In this document: one piece after another, positions 49,001 through 60,626 of the stretch
How the letters are laid out: every line of letters starts with the position of its first letter
How positions within the stretch are numbered: the stretch's first letter is position 1
Source of the DNA: Chara braunii
Taxonomy: Eukaryota > Plantae > Charophyceae
Direction of reading: 5' to 3'
NCBI GenBank assembly: GCA_003427395.1
Contig: BFEA01000020.1
Span: 5,702,665 to 5,766,664 of the forward strand
DNA: 64,000 nt
Notes under the pieces: generated by a model
Database searches by the model: none
What the model was told of the DNA's origin: nothing
What the model saw: the letters and a program-made list of their open reading frames with translations, nothing else
Made by a program: the position numbers and the translations under genes

Positions 49001-52000
49001 TTCTACCCCGCCCCTGGCTAAAATGACCCTTTGGAGAGACAAGCACACCTCATTGTTTGGACGTGCACTGATTATCAAACAACGTGGTTCTGGCCTCAAT
49101 GTGGTACAAATCTGCTACTTGGGCTTTGGATAAGAATGCCCTACACCCCCTGAAGCGTCAGATAGCCGCCTTTCTGTGGCGTGGAGATCATGAGAAACAC
49201 AATGTAATCAGTCGGGTAGCATGACATTCCATAATCCAACCAAAAACGAAAGGGGGTTTGGGCATTATTGACCCCCTGATACAAACTAAAGTGCTGACAC
49301 TACAATGGCTCAAAAACCTTCTATTTAAGCCTGATGTTCCCTGGAGAGGATTAGCCCTGGAACAAATCTCCAGATTAGCACCACAAACACCGGTCGGAAC
49401 CGACCCACTGACGAGGTTGGAAAATAGGGGATGACCCATTCCAGGACCGAGATCGCGACAAAGGGACCCCCGTCCTGACTGCCCTAGGTAAGCAGTCAGG
49501 GCGGACATACGCAATGATCCATTCTGGCCCACCCTCTTCAAAACATGGAGAAGTCTCTCTCTGCTGGACAGGACAGCGCCAAAAAGATGGGAGGAGGTAG
49601 CCCGCCAACCCCTTTTTGAAAACAGATGGGTGGTGGACTTGAAGGGCCAGATGCTCCCTTGCACATATCCTCCCTGGCAGAGTTGGGTCAAGAGAGGGAT
49701 AATAAGGATAAAGGATATATGGGACGTTGATAAAAAGGAGTGGATAGGACCCGACCAGCTACGAGCGAGACTGCCGTACTGCCACCGACCATACAAAGCC
49801 CTGGAAACGCTGGTAGAAATGATCCCACTAGCATGGTGGAGGATACTCCGTAGGGGCCCAACCTTGCAAAAATCAGACTGGGTAGCTATTAGAAACCGGC
49901 AAGGATGTGTGGGCAAGGTAGTCCGCTGCCCCCCGGATGGAACGGTAGTGGTGCATCTCTCTCCACTGAGGCAAGACAATGTTATCCAAGAATGTCCACT
50001 GAGGCAAGACAATGTTATCCAAGAATGCTCACTAGAAGAAGCGTTGACATGCCAAATAGAAGAGGTATATAGAATCAGAGTACTCCATGAACGTGAGCAA
50101 AGGATAGCCTACTACCCCGGTACCCCCATTCACCATCTAGCCCTCGACCCGTTGGAGTGGTCATGGTCAGCACAAGGAAGGCAGGGCAAGAAATTCACCA
50201 AGTCCATATACTCCCTAACAGTCAAATCTGCCTACAAGCTCCTAAGACCAAAAACTGCTCTGCGGGACCAGGTGGAGGTGCGGTGGAGAGACCACCTGGA
50301 CATTAGCAAAGAGGAGTTGAGATCAATTAGATGGTTCAAGATGGCCAAGGCAAAGCCTGCCGAACTGGCCTCACTTCAATGGCAGCTGGAGCACCGCTGC
50401 CTTCCAACAAACAACTGGTTGATAGACCGAACATCTCTAGAACAAAAAGGGCGAGCTCTCCCATGGTGCAGGTTGTGCACAAACGCGTTCCCTTCCCGGA
50501 GGCGACCTGAAACAATTGAACATATATTCCTCCAATGCCCGGGTGCACTCTGGCTATGGAGATGGTGGGACAGGGTATGAGAACAACTAGGAACGAAGGC
50601 CCAGTGGCCCTGGGAATGGAAAGCCTTATTGTGTGAAGCCTGGCCCAAGGACCAGCTAGACCAGATAGACGAATTTACTAGAAATATGTTCAGGATGGGA
50701 CGATGGGCGATTCTCTGGGCACTTTGGAGACGACGCTGCACCTTTGAGATGAAGGGGGCGAGACTGGAAGGACCCGAATTCACGGAAAGTGTCCAGCAAC
50801 TGATCCAGACAGAAATAACTGCAAAATGGAACGATGTCAGAGCACAAATCCAACTTCTCAATAGACGTGAAGAGATCAAACAAAAAATCCAGGAATTTAG
50901 CTCAAGCTGGCTTGGGGGTGCAAACGGAGGAAGGATAGGAATGGTGGAATGGAATGGAGGATACACAACACTAGGGGAGGACCAACAGGGAATGGAGTTA
51001 GTAAGAGACTATCATTTGAGGTTCCAAGAATGGACCAAAGAGGATGCAGCGATCCCATTGAAACCTCCTGAGGCATTTCCGGACTTCTTCCCCCCCCTAT
51101 CTAATTGTCTAGTGGAAACGAAGTGGTACGGAATGGACTCTACACAACTCTAGTTCAAAAAAGAAGGTTTGGGTACTTAACGGGTGGGAGGGGAGGGTGA
51201 GGGACTAGTTTTGGAATAGCAGATATCTGGCGCCCGCTTCAGGGCGAAGAGGTTTACTCCCCTTTCCCAATAGCCTGCTCAGTCAATCCCCTGGACTCCA
51301 GGGTAATCAATGCTGGCAGGAACCCCGTATTTTTTTCCTTGGAACCTCTAAATTCTTTTTGTATATGGGACGTTGGACCCGGTTTCCAGCAGGTGACGCT
51401 CCCCACCAATAGATGGAGCCTCTCCCCAGGTGCTAGTGGTGTCTGCTCGTATCAGCACCACCAACACCAGTGGGGGAAGTTGTCAAAAAAAAAAAAAAAA
51501 AAACATTTATTTTTTTTAGCCGAAGCCGGGTAGTCTTAAGAATGTTTTAGGACTGGGGATTCCTAGCAACTTTGTCTTAGGTGGCTTCAATGGTGTTATA
51601 CTAAGTTACTTGCGGCTGTTCGATGCCAGAACGACCCTGGCTGGTGCTGGGGTGTTGCCCTGTAACCTGCTGATGCAGGAGCGTGAGGCCTGGTAGAGAG
51701 ATCTGGGGATGCTTTGGGGTGGGCATTCCACGGGACAACCAAGGGTTGCTGCTGGGACGACGCTGGTCGGAGCTGGGGTGAGTTGTGTTGCCCTGTAACC
51801 CAGCAGGATGTGGGGGCGTGAGGCCTGGAAGAGCTCGGCAGGGAGTAAAACAGTGTTGGAGAGCTTTGGAAGGGTTTGTTAGGGATTTCGAGGGTTTTGG
51901 AGCATTTGCAGGACCTATGCGGTCTATTCCCATCTATAAAAAAGAAAAAAAGAATAAAAGAACTAATAGGTCCTCATTGAAAAGAAAACAAAAGAGATCC

Positions 52001-52178
52001 TCATGGCCCTAGCTGTACTGTTCCGGGGGAGCATAAGTCCGGTCCGTCTCCACCAGCAAGTCATGCATTAGGAACCCTTTTTTAAGTAATTGAAATTTGA
52101 AATAAAGAGTCATAAATGACATACTGCTCACACAAAGAGATGCAGTTTCTCTTTCTTTTATGTACTTATTTATTTATT

Positions 52179-52189
<11 letters not shown>

Positions 52190-52244
<55 letters not shown>

Positions 52245-52262
52245 GTTATTTTATTATTATTA
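52190..52262. repeat. (TAT)n microsatellite
   Basis: Seen directly. Confidence 0.95.
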
Positions 52263-52307
52263 TGATTTTATTATTATTATCAATGTATCATTATATTGCA
52301 TTATTAT

Positions 52308-52960
52308 CTAGGCTACGGGAGTGGCCCGGGGAAAGTTGCCCAGCCGGGCAAAAAAAAAAAAATGAAAAATGGAAAAAATATATATATATATCGTCAAATA
52401 GAACTATATTTCAAAATTGGTACAGAATTTTTTTATTTTTTATTTTTAAAGCAACTTCATTATAAAAACCGGGAAACGGGCCCGGTGTCCCTCACATAGA
52501 TGCTGAAGCCATCATAGGCTAAGAAAGGCACTTCGGCCAACCCTATCCCCGACCCCAGCCATCTAGCTATGAATGTGACCCTGAGGCAAAAGTTGTTGCT
52601 CATGATGTAAGGGACGCTGGGCCCGTTTCCCAGCATATATTGAATACGAACGTTTTTTTTTTTTGAAAAAAATAGCCAGTTGCTCATCCCGACGACCGCA
52701 GCCAATGATGTAAGGGACGTTGGGCCCGTTTCCCAGCATATTAAAATGTGACATTTTTGAATTTTCAACGATTTTTTTTGGGGGGGGAGGCGGGGGGAAG
52801 GTTGTTCAGTTTATTTTTGTGCATCACATAGTTTTTGTTCAGATTTTTTATTTATTTATTTATTTTTATTTTATTTGTTTGCTGCGCCCTTCGCTGCTCC
52901 TCGCACGCCCGGGCCGCCCGGTCAAACAAGGTGACCCAGGCGGCCCGGCTGGTAGCCCAG
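52308..52960. mobile_element. hAT-like MITE, copy 1
   Basis: TIR ctaggctac/gtagcccag with 8-bp TSD attattat. Subterminal GC-rich arms are shared with 54010-54303. Confidence 0.8.
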
Positions 52961-53393
52961 ATTATTATTATTATTATGAAAAATCTGGAAACTTTGTAAG
53001 AATGTACTACTCACTCACTGCTTGTCCCCATCATGGCAGACAGCAACATTTACTACTTCACCAAGTCGGATTTACCCCTGTTCACCATTCATTGCTCCTC
53101 GGTCAGAGGATGAACTGACATGTACGCCTTACAGTCCTCCTTGCGTTCCTCTCAGTCCAACAGGAACTGAACGGTCAGATTGTGGCAGCCTTTCTGACCA
53201 CCAGGTTCATGCTCTACAGGCAGTCTTTGCCATGAACCTGGTCGTCAGAATGGCCAGGTCCTTGCTGACATAGCATGACACAATGCTGTTCATTTAATGT
53301 CTCCGGCTGTTCATTTAATGTCTCCGGCATGAAGTTCAAAAACTTCTGAAGCGTGTTGTAGGTCTCACCCTTGAACCTTCTTTTGCATCAAAC

Positions 53394-53458
<65 letters not shown>

Positions 53459-54009
53459 AGTCCAGTTGGCATTGTGGTTCTTGTCGTGGTTGGACCACGG
53501 GGACGGGTCTGCAGTGCTGAATTGTGTCGATCTTTTCCATGATCTGAGATTATACTGTCATCAGATGGACACCACCTTGCCTTCGAACAGCCATTCCTCC
53601 TAAGTTAGCCTGGACTTTGGCGACTCGCTATTCTCTCCTCCTCATCATTCCTGCCTTCTGTCAATGCTTCCAAGGTTCTCCATTTGCAATGGATCTGTGC
53701 TTCAGTGAAGTTGTTTTGTTGATGCCCACACATTTTCCATCGCATTTCTTGTTTAGTCAAGACTCTAGAATGATGCTGCATCTTTCTTTCCTAATCGCCT
53801 GCGAGTGTTTCTATGCCCACACTTTGTGTTGATCATGCCATGTACCATTACATCTCCGGCTTGGAGAATTGGGCGGCAAGTTCGTCCGGAGCAGCTACTG
53901 GGCGTGTTCAGGAAATGGAGTGGGGATAAACTGAAGAAACTTCAATTTGGTAACCCACTCCATTTCCTGAATGGGCCCAGTAGCTGGCCCAGGACCACTT
54001 GCCCAGAGG

Positions 54010-54303
54010 CTAGGCTACCAGAGTGGCCCAGGACCACTTGCCCAGCCGGGCCAAAAAATAAATAAATAAACGAAATGTTTTTTATTGTACTTTTTTTATT
54101 ATTTTAAATTTGGTAACGAATTTCGATGTGACCTGAGGCAAAATTTGTTCACTTTACTTTTCGGCATAACATTTTTTTTTCTGAATTTTCATTTTTTAAT
54201 TATTTTTTTGTTATTTTTCTTTTGCTGGAACTTTCTATGGTCCTTGCACGGCCGAGCAGCCCGGGCAAACAAGGTGACCAGGGCTGCCCGGCTGGTAGCC
54301 TTG
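54010..54303. mobile_element. hAT-like MITE, copy 2
   Basis: TIR ctaggctacca/tggtagccttg with 8-bp TSD cccagagg (54002-54009 and 54304-54311). Confidence 0.88.
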
Positions 54304-55399
54304 CCCAGAGGTCACTTGCTCTAGCCCTTTTTTTTTTTTTTTTTNNNNNNNNNNNNNNNNNNNNNNNNNNNNNNNNNNNNNNNNNNNNNNNNNNNNNNNN
54401 NNNNGTGGTAAGAGAACCACCGGGATTGAGGCTTTGCCTAGCGGGCCGCTCCATCTATTGGTGGGGAGCTACACCTGCTGGAAACCGGGTCCAGCGTCCA
54501 GCCCAACATTCATTGGCCTCCCTTTTTTTTTCCCCTTGTGCAGGGGCCATGCTGTTTCATGGTTGCGCGTAATGGTGTCTTCTGTTTCGTGGTCTCAGCA
54601 GTTCATACAGCGGTCTGAACTGTTGGGATGAGTTTCCGTCCTCCAAACATGAAGCCGCTGATTCACTGGTAAAGTGACATAGTCACATAGGTGATCTATC
54701 ATCCATTCTAGGCTCCTAAGAGTCCTAATTATTGCCAATTATATGGATTTGCATTTTCTTCATAGAAAGTTTGCAACTTGTTGGTCGTCGTACCTTGGTG
54801 TCCTCGTCCATCTTTCATGAGACCATTGGTTGTGGATCTTTAGTGTTGAGGAAGATACCCTAACCGAACTTGACTGGATAGGCAAACAAAGGAATTGGGC
54901 TCCTGTCGCTGTCTATGCTCCTCGAAATCGAGCACCACTCCATTGGGTATGGGTATAATTCTAAATCTTGTAAAGCCACATTTGGTCTGAAAGCTCCTTC
55001 GGGAAGGAAAGCTGTTACTCAGGTTTATGAGGTAAAGGGTTGTAAATAATCTCTTTTCCAGAATCCAGAGTCTGAACTTTCTACCTTCTGGGATTTTTGA
55101 TGATTATGCTGCGGAGCGAATCATGTGAAGGACAGAAGGAAGAAGGTGAAGATGAGACTCTGTTGGACAATCCATAGATTCTTACCGGATAGTGTTCATG
55201 AACAGGGTGCCCCATTCAGGGGTTTCAATGCAACTCTTCATTCAACAGTTCTTTCAAGGACAAGCTATTTCCTAAATCGTGGCATCCTTTCAGTTATTCA
55301 TGTAATTTTTCCGGGGTTATCCAATCCTTATTGATATCATCCTAAATATACCTCACTTCCCAAGTTTCCACACTCCTTTGGTTAAAATGAGGGAAAGCC

Positions 55400-56020
55400 A
55401 GTCCGTGTATCCAATGAGATATTTGCTTACGTAGCGGGGACCACACCTTTCACGACATCCATGCATGACTGTGCAGTCATTTCCAATCCGGGAGTAGCAA
55501 AAAGTTTGCTAACATATAATTGCAGGTTGTGCATGGTTCCCGACCACTTGCCGCGGTTGAGATGGTCAAACTTATTCCTCAATCTCGCAGCAACATATTG
55601 ATCTTTACATTGTTTAATAAAGATCTCTAAAGATCTCTTCCAGTGTGGTCACTGGTGTGATTTTGAGCCACTGCGCCAGATCAATCTTAGTGTACGGTAA
55701 CCCGACTTGCAAGCCCCGCACGGCCGGTTTGGCATTTGTCCCCAAAATCAAGGACTGGCTCAGCAATTGAGTTCCTAGCACCTCGAAGTAGGCTCTTATG
55801 GAGCTGATGCATGACTCTACATCTTCCCTTCTGTCATACTTGGACGGTATTTGTACCGCCTTTCTGTCCACATAGGGACTGCGATAGCCGACACCAAAAA
55901 AAATTGTGTCTGAACTCGAGGCTGCGCCGCTGCAGTAGTTGCAGAAATCACTGCGATGTCAATGGTTGCAACGACAGCGGGGTATGCACCTGCTGCAGGT
56001 CCCGATTGAACCACACTTAG
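55400..56020 (-). pseudogene. Ty3/Gypsy gag remnant
   Basis: DRKAVQIPSKYDRREDVESCISSIRAYFEVLG...LAQWLK resembles the retrotransposon gag PxxYDGxxDVxxW motif. It probably extends toward 54600. Confidence 0.7.
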
Positions 56021-56999
56021 AGAGGAAGAGGTGGAGGTATGCAGAGGAGCAAGGACAAACTGGTTAGCAGCATTGAAGACATGAGGTAAAGGAAGAGAGT
56101 TTTTTTTTTTTTTTTTTTTTAACAGAACCTTCTGGTCCTGGCTCCTTTTTCATTCTGGGGAGCATCAGTCCGGTTCCTATTCCCCCGGCAAGTCCAAGAT
56201 TGTACAAAGGTTACTCACTTACACTCCTTCCCCTTATGGTGTGGAGACCCCGAAGACGACATTGATTACTTCCCTGAGGAAGGATGTACCGATCTTCACC
56301 CCTGCCTAAGTTAGCCTGTTCTGGTAGATGCTGGTTGGGACTACTTGGAAATCTCTGGTTTTTTTTCTGGCTTGTCCTCTCTATCAACTGGTACTGTACC
56401 GTATCTGTGTGTTTTTGTGCCAGTGGGTGTGTCAGACTTCCTTATTCTACTTCTAGACTCCTGGGAGTTGTTTGGCTTGGGGGTATCGCTTGAAGCTAAA
56501 ACCCTAACCCCTAGTTTGATTGCTCTTTTGCTGCAGCCTGCTGGTGCTTTCTCTGACTCTTGTTTCCTGGCTATGTCTACTGCTATTGCTCGGTCGGCCT
56601 GAAATTAGTGGTCCATTCTCTGTTTTGGGGTGTAGAGGGTGGGTTGGTAGGGTTGGGAGTTTTGAGTCGATGGTGATTGTGAGATGGTTGCGGAGTGTGG
56701 TTGGTCATGGATTCGTTGCTTTCCCAGTCCTTCACTCTTGCTCTTATAGCTAATCCTTGCTTGTTCCAGTCCGCTCATCTGTCGAGTTCTTCTCTTGCTT
56801 CTATTAGTAGATGTTCGTACATTTGTTCTCCTGGATTGTTTATTAGGTTGAATTTAGTTGTTTCTACTACCGCTTCTAACATTTTTTGTCTCGCTTTCCT
56901 TTTTTTGGCTTCTAGTCGGGATGTTTTGTTAACCCAACTGCTTACTGCCTAGATTACTTTTGGGAAGCTATATAGGATGTCGGTGTTATTGTTTTCCTA

Positions 57000-57880
57000 C
57001 TTGCGGAGTTCCCAAACTTGTTTGATCCCTGTTTTAAAATGGTCGAAGGTGATTATGGAATTGTTTACTTTAAAAAAACTCTTGCTCAGCGTGTTGTCTA
57101 GGGAGAAAGTGAGGTGCAGACCTATTTGACTGTGGTCGAATCCTCCATAGTGGGGGAGCTTGAATATTGATGCCCGTTTAGTTGCGCCCTCCAGCGTTTC
57201 AGAGATGAGGAAGTCTATTATGGAGAATGAGGTTCTACCTTGGGATGTTTTTCTAACGCATGTATAATCCTTTGTTGTTGGGTTTAGCATTCTATATGGG
57301 TCCCTTAGGTTCATTTCTGTGAGGAATTATACCATTACCTGAGCTTCCGATTCCTCCGTTGCTTCCCTAGCGTGTGAAATTCTATCTAATGTCGGTTCTA
57401 TTGTGGCGTTCCAGTCCCCTACTAGGATTATGTGTTTGTATCGTGGACATTCCTGCTTTATTCTTTCAAGGAGAGATCTTCTTTGTGTATTGGTGTTTGA
57501 CGCGTATATATTGAGTAGGGAGATTTTTTCTTCCCTGTAGGCGAAGTCTGTTCTTGTCCAGCGGCCTTCTTCTGTGTCGCTCGTGAAAATTTTTATTGTT
57601 AGCAGTTCGGAGGCGTCTGCTTTCACGTGTACAATTGTTAATACTCCTGCTGAGACTGTTGTGGGGCTCACTGCCCATTCTGCATGCTCGATGTGATTCA
57701 ATCTTCTTAGAATCTCTTTTAGTGTGCTTAGGTGTTCCTCTGTTGTGGACAAATGAGTTTCTTGGATGCATAGGATATTTTGTGGTCTGTTGTCCCACCA
57801 GCCTGTTGTGGCAACGAAACTGTGTCATTTTGCTGGTGTTGACAGGATGGTTGCTAGACCTCTTACATTCCATGATCTGA
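57000..57880 (-). pseudogene. APE endonuclease domain
   Basis: WNVRGL, CIQETH, LNIYASN, VGDWNA, SIIDFLIS and FDH motifs across frames. Confidence 0.92.
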
Positions 57881-57999
57881 TTTCCAACTCTCCTCTTTCC
57901 CTGTTGCTGGCCCTAGGTGTTCTGGTAGCCCAATCGCCTTGTCTCGCACTGATTTGTGTCATTTGTTCAGGTTAGAGGTTTGAAGGTTCTTTGAGTGAT

Positions 58000-60626
58000 A
58001 ATTCCTTTATGGTGAGAGGGTGGGGAGTTGCATGGGGTCCTAGCTTAGTGAGGACTCCCCCGTATCCTCTTCCATTGTGTACTCTAGCGCCTCCATGCCC
58101 TTTCCTTCCTTGTTGAAGGTCTGTGCTGCCAATGTTGTTGCCAGGCTGGCTGCTGCCTGGATCAATGTGGTCTCGGATCCCAGTGTTGTGAAAGGAAGTT
58201 GGGCAATCTCCCACCAGAGTCTCCATTGCAGGTCCTCTCCCAAGGTCATTTCCGGGTCGTACAATGCTACTATTGGACGAGTGTCCAAGATGATTTATTC
58301 CCGGGATTCGCTTTTCTCCCCTAGTTCTTGTACTCCACCAGTTCTATTGCGGTCGGCTTAGCTCCGAGTACGGCCTTTGTCAACAGTTCTTCTCTGCTTT
58401 GACTCTTTTCCAGTCTTAGCAGTGAAAAGCTGGGAGTGGTTACAATCTGCCACTCGTTGGTGATAGAGTTAATTTTTACTGGGAGCATTGTCCTTCAAAG
58501 GAGGAGTGTTATGCTCTCTTGCCTCACCTTCTCCCAGAATGCATATTGTGTGTCTGGTCATTTAGGATTTTTACCGTCGTTGCTTTTAGTCTGTGCTCGT
58601 CGTTGAGGTGACCCAGTCTTTCCACTTGTGCACCCCGGATTTCTGCTTGAAGAACTAGTTGCGTTCTTTGGTCTTCCTCCCTAGTATTGTCCTCTCTCCC
58701 CTTCCCTTCAGTCTCTCTTCCTTTCAGGATTTGTTTTGACCCATCTTTTCCTTGAGACGCTTTTGGATTTTCCTTGAGACGCTTTTGGATATTCCTCCTT
58801 CTTTTGCTTGTTGTACGTTTCGGGTAGAGTTGGCATTCTGTATCTGTCTGATCTTCAGTCGCTGCCTGTTTCCTTTCTTGCATTCTTGCCTTTCTGTATT
58901 TGTTCCTTCTTGGTCTTGCAGTACTGTTCTGCGTAGAACGTTGTCATTTTTTCTTCCTTTTCTAGCGGGTCATAGGGGTTAACAGACACCGGAAAAGGAT
59001 GGATGCAAATTGTTGTTCCAGCCCTTTGCTTGAGTGTTTATTACTCTCTGTAGTAGGCCATTTGCAGCTCGAATCTGGATTCTCTCTCCCTCTTTGCCCT
59101 TTGGATATATTTTTTGAGTTTGTCCAAGGATGCGTCTCCCCAGGAGGCGATCTCTTCTTCGCTGTAAAAGTCTTCTTCTTCCTCTTCCTCCTCCGTTTGG
59201 ATCCTTTTGGTTGTTCCGCTTTTCCCTTCCTCCGGCTTCTTCCTCTTTTCCCCCACCATTGTTTTGCCCTCTATTTCTGTTCCCTGATGATCTTCCTCAC
59301 CTGCTCCCTCCCGTGTCGATTGAGAGTTGTCCACCTTCATTCCTTCTGTTCCCTCCTGTTGTTGTTTATTCATCCTTTGTTGCCCCCTTCTTGAGTATGT
59401 TGATGGCGTTTTCTTCCTTTCTTCCTCTTTTTCCTGTTCTTTGTTTTTTTCCTTCTCTATCAGTTCCTTCTCCGTCATTTCCCCTGTCTCATTCAGGTCC
59501 ATGAGTAAGTCCTTGAGGCAGCGTTCTTCTTGAATCCTTTCTAGATTTAGCATCGGGTCCCTTGTGAAAATTTTTGCTGATTTCTTACCAATTTTCATGG
59601 TCTGCCATCTACTGTTTGACGGGGGGTAAACATCAGGTTTCGGGGTAGGTTCACTTTCCAATACCCAGACCCAGTCCGGGACTGGTAAGTTGTCGTTGAA
59701 GATCCACCCTACGTACTGGCTGATTCTCATGTACCAGAGGCCCAGTTCATCCTCCACTTCCGCCAAAATTGTTTGTTAGAGTACCCTTGGTTTGGCTGTC
59801 TCCAAATTTTTTCGGGCAACTAGGGTTTGTTCCCGTGTGCCCTCTCTTCCTGCACTTGAAGCACGGTGGATTGCATTTGCTGGATATTGTCACCTTGACA
59901 GTTCTGTCTCTCATGATGAAGAACCAGTTTTCAGGCATTTGTGGGGAAATGTTGTTGCCTAAGTCCAGCCAGAATGTCATTGTGTTCTATTGCTACACCA
60001 AGAGGTCTGGCGTTGCGATTATCCATTCCACAATTTTCAGATGGTCATACTCCATTTGCAAGCGTTCCTTAATTGCTTCGTGCAACCCCTCGTGTACGTT
60101 ATCGAATTGAACCCAGAAATACTTTTTCATCAGTTCTTGTCGGTAGCACGAGGTGTCATTTGGAATGGGGTGTCGGGTTTCCACGGATGCACAGTGACTA
60201 CTGAGGAGTTGCAGGTGAAGGTCTTGTTGCTTAGGAAGTCTGCGTAAGACGGATCCTTACAGATTACCATTATCACGTTTCTTGTTCGTGGGTGGAATGA
60301 TACTTTTGGTTCTGTTCCTTGCACTGGTTCCATGCTTTTGAGTTTTTTCCACATCCATTTTGAGTTTTGCTGAGCGGTTCAACTCTTGACTTTTCCTCGA
60401 GAAGGTGAACAATACTGCATGTTTTTCGTGAAATTCGTCCAGTTTCGGAATCTGCTCCTTGGGATATTCGTATACTACCACTTCTTCCTTCATGTGCTCT
60501 TCGACCTCGACTAACTTCACGCTCCTCACTAGTTGTGCTTTGGTCTATTCCACTAGCCAGTCTTGAGTTTCGATTCCCATTCCCTCCATCTCGTTCCTTG
60601 AAGCTCCGTCTCTTGTCTTTTACCAC
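58000..60626 (-). pseudogene. LINE ORF1 with zinc knuckle and C-terminal extension (disrupted)
   Basis: VTVHPWKP..FWVQFDNV (plant L1 ORF1-like) and a CFKCRKRGHTGTNPSC knuckle. Confidence 0.8.

Larger units (their letters stand above)
44400..51503 (+). mobile_element. Near full-length decayed L1/Tx1-like LINE (5' boundary uncertain)
   Basis: ORF1 remnants, APE endonuclease, RT, zf-RVT, structured 3'UTR and poly(A) at 51485-51503. Confidence 0.93.

Noticed and set aside
53020-53400. Possible hAT dimerisation-domain remnant (WW...ERN) on the minus strand
   Set aside because: Needs several frameshifts, and the similarity is too weak to call without a search.
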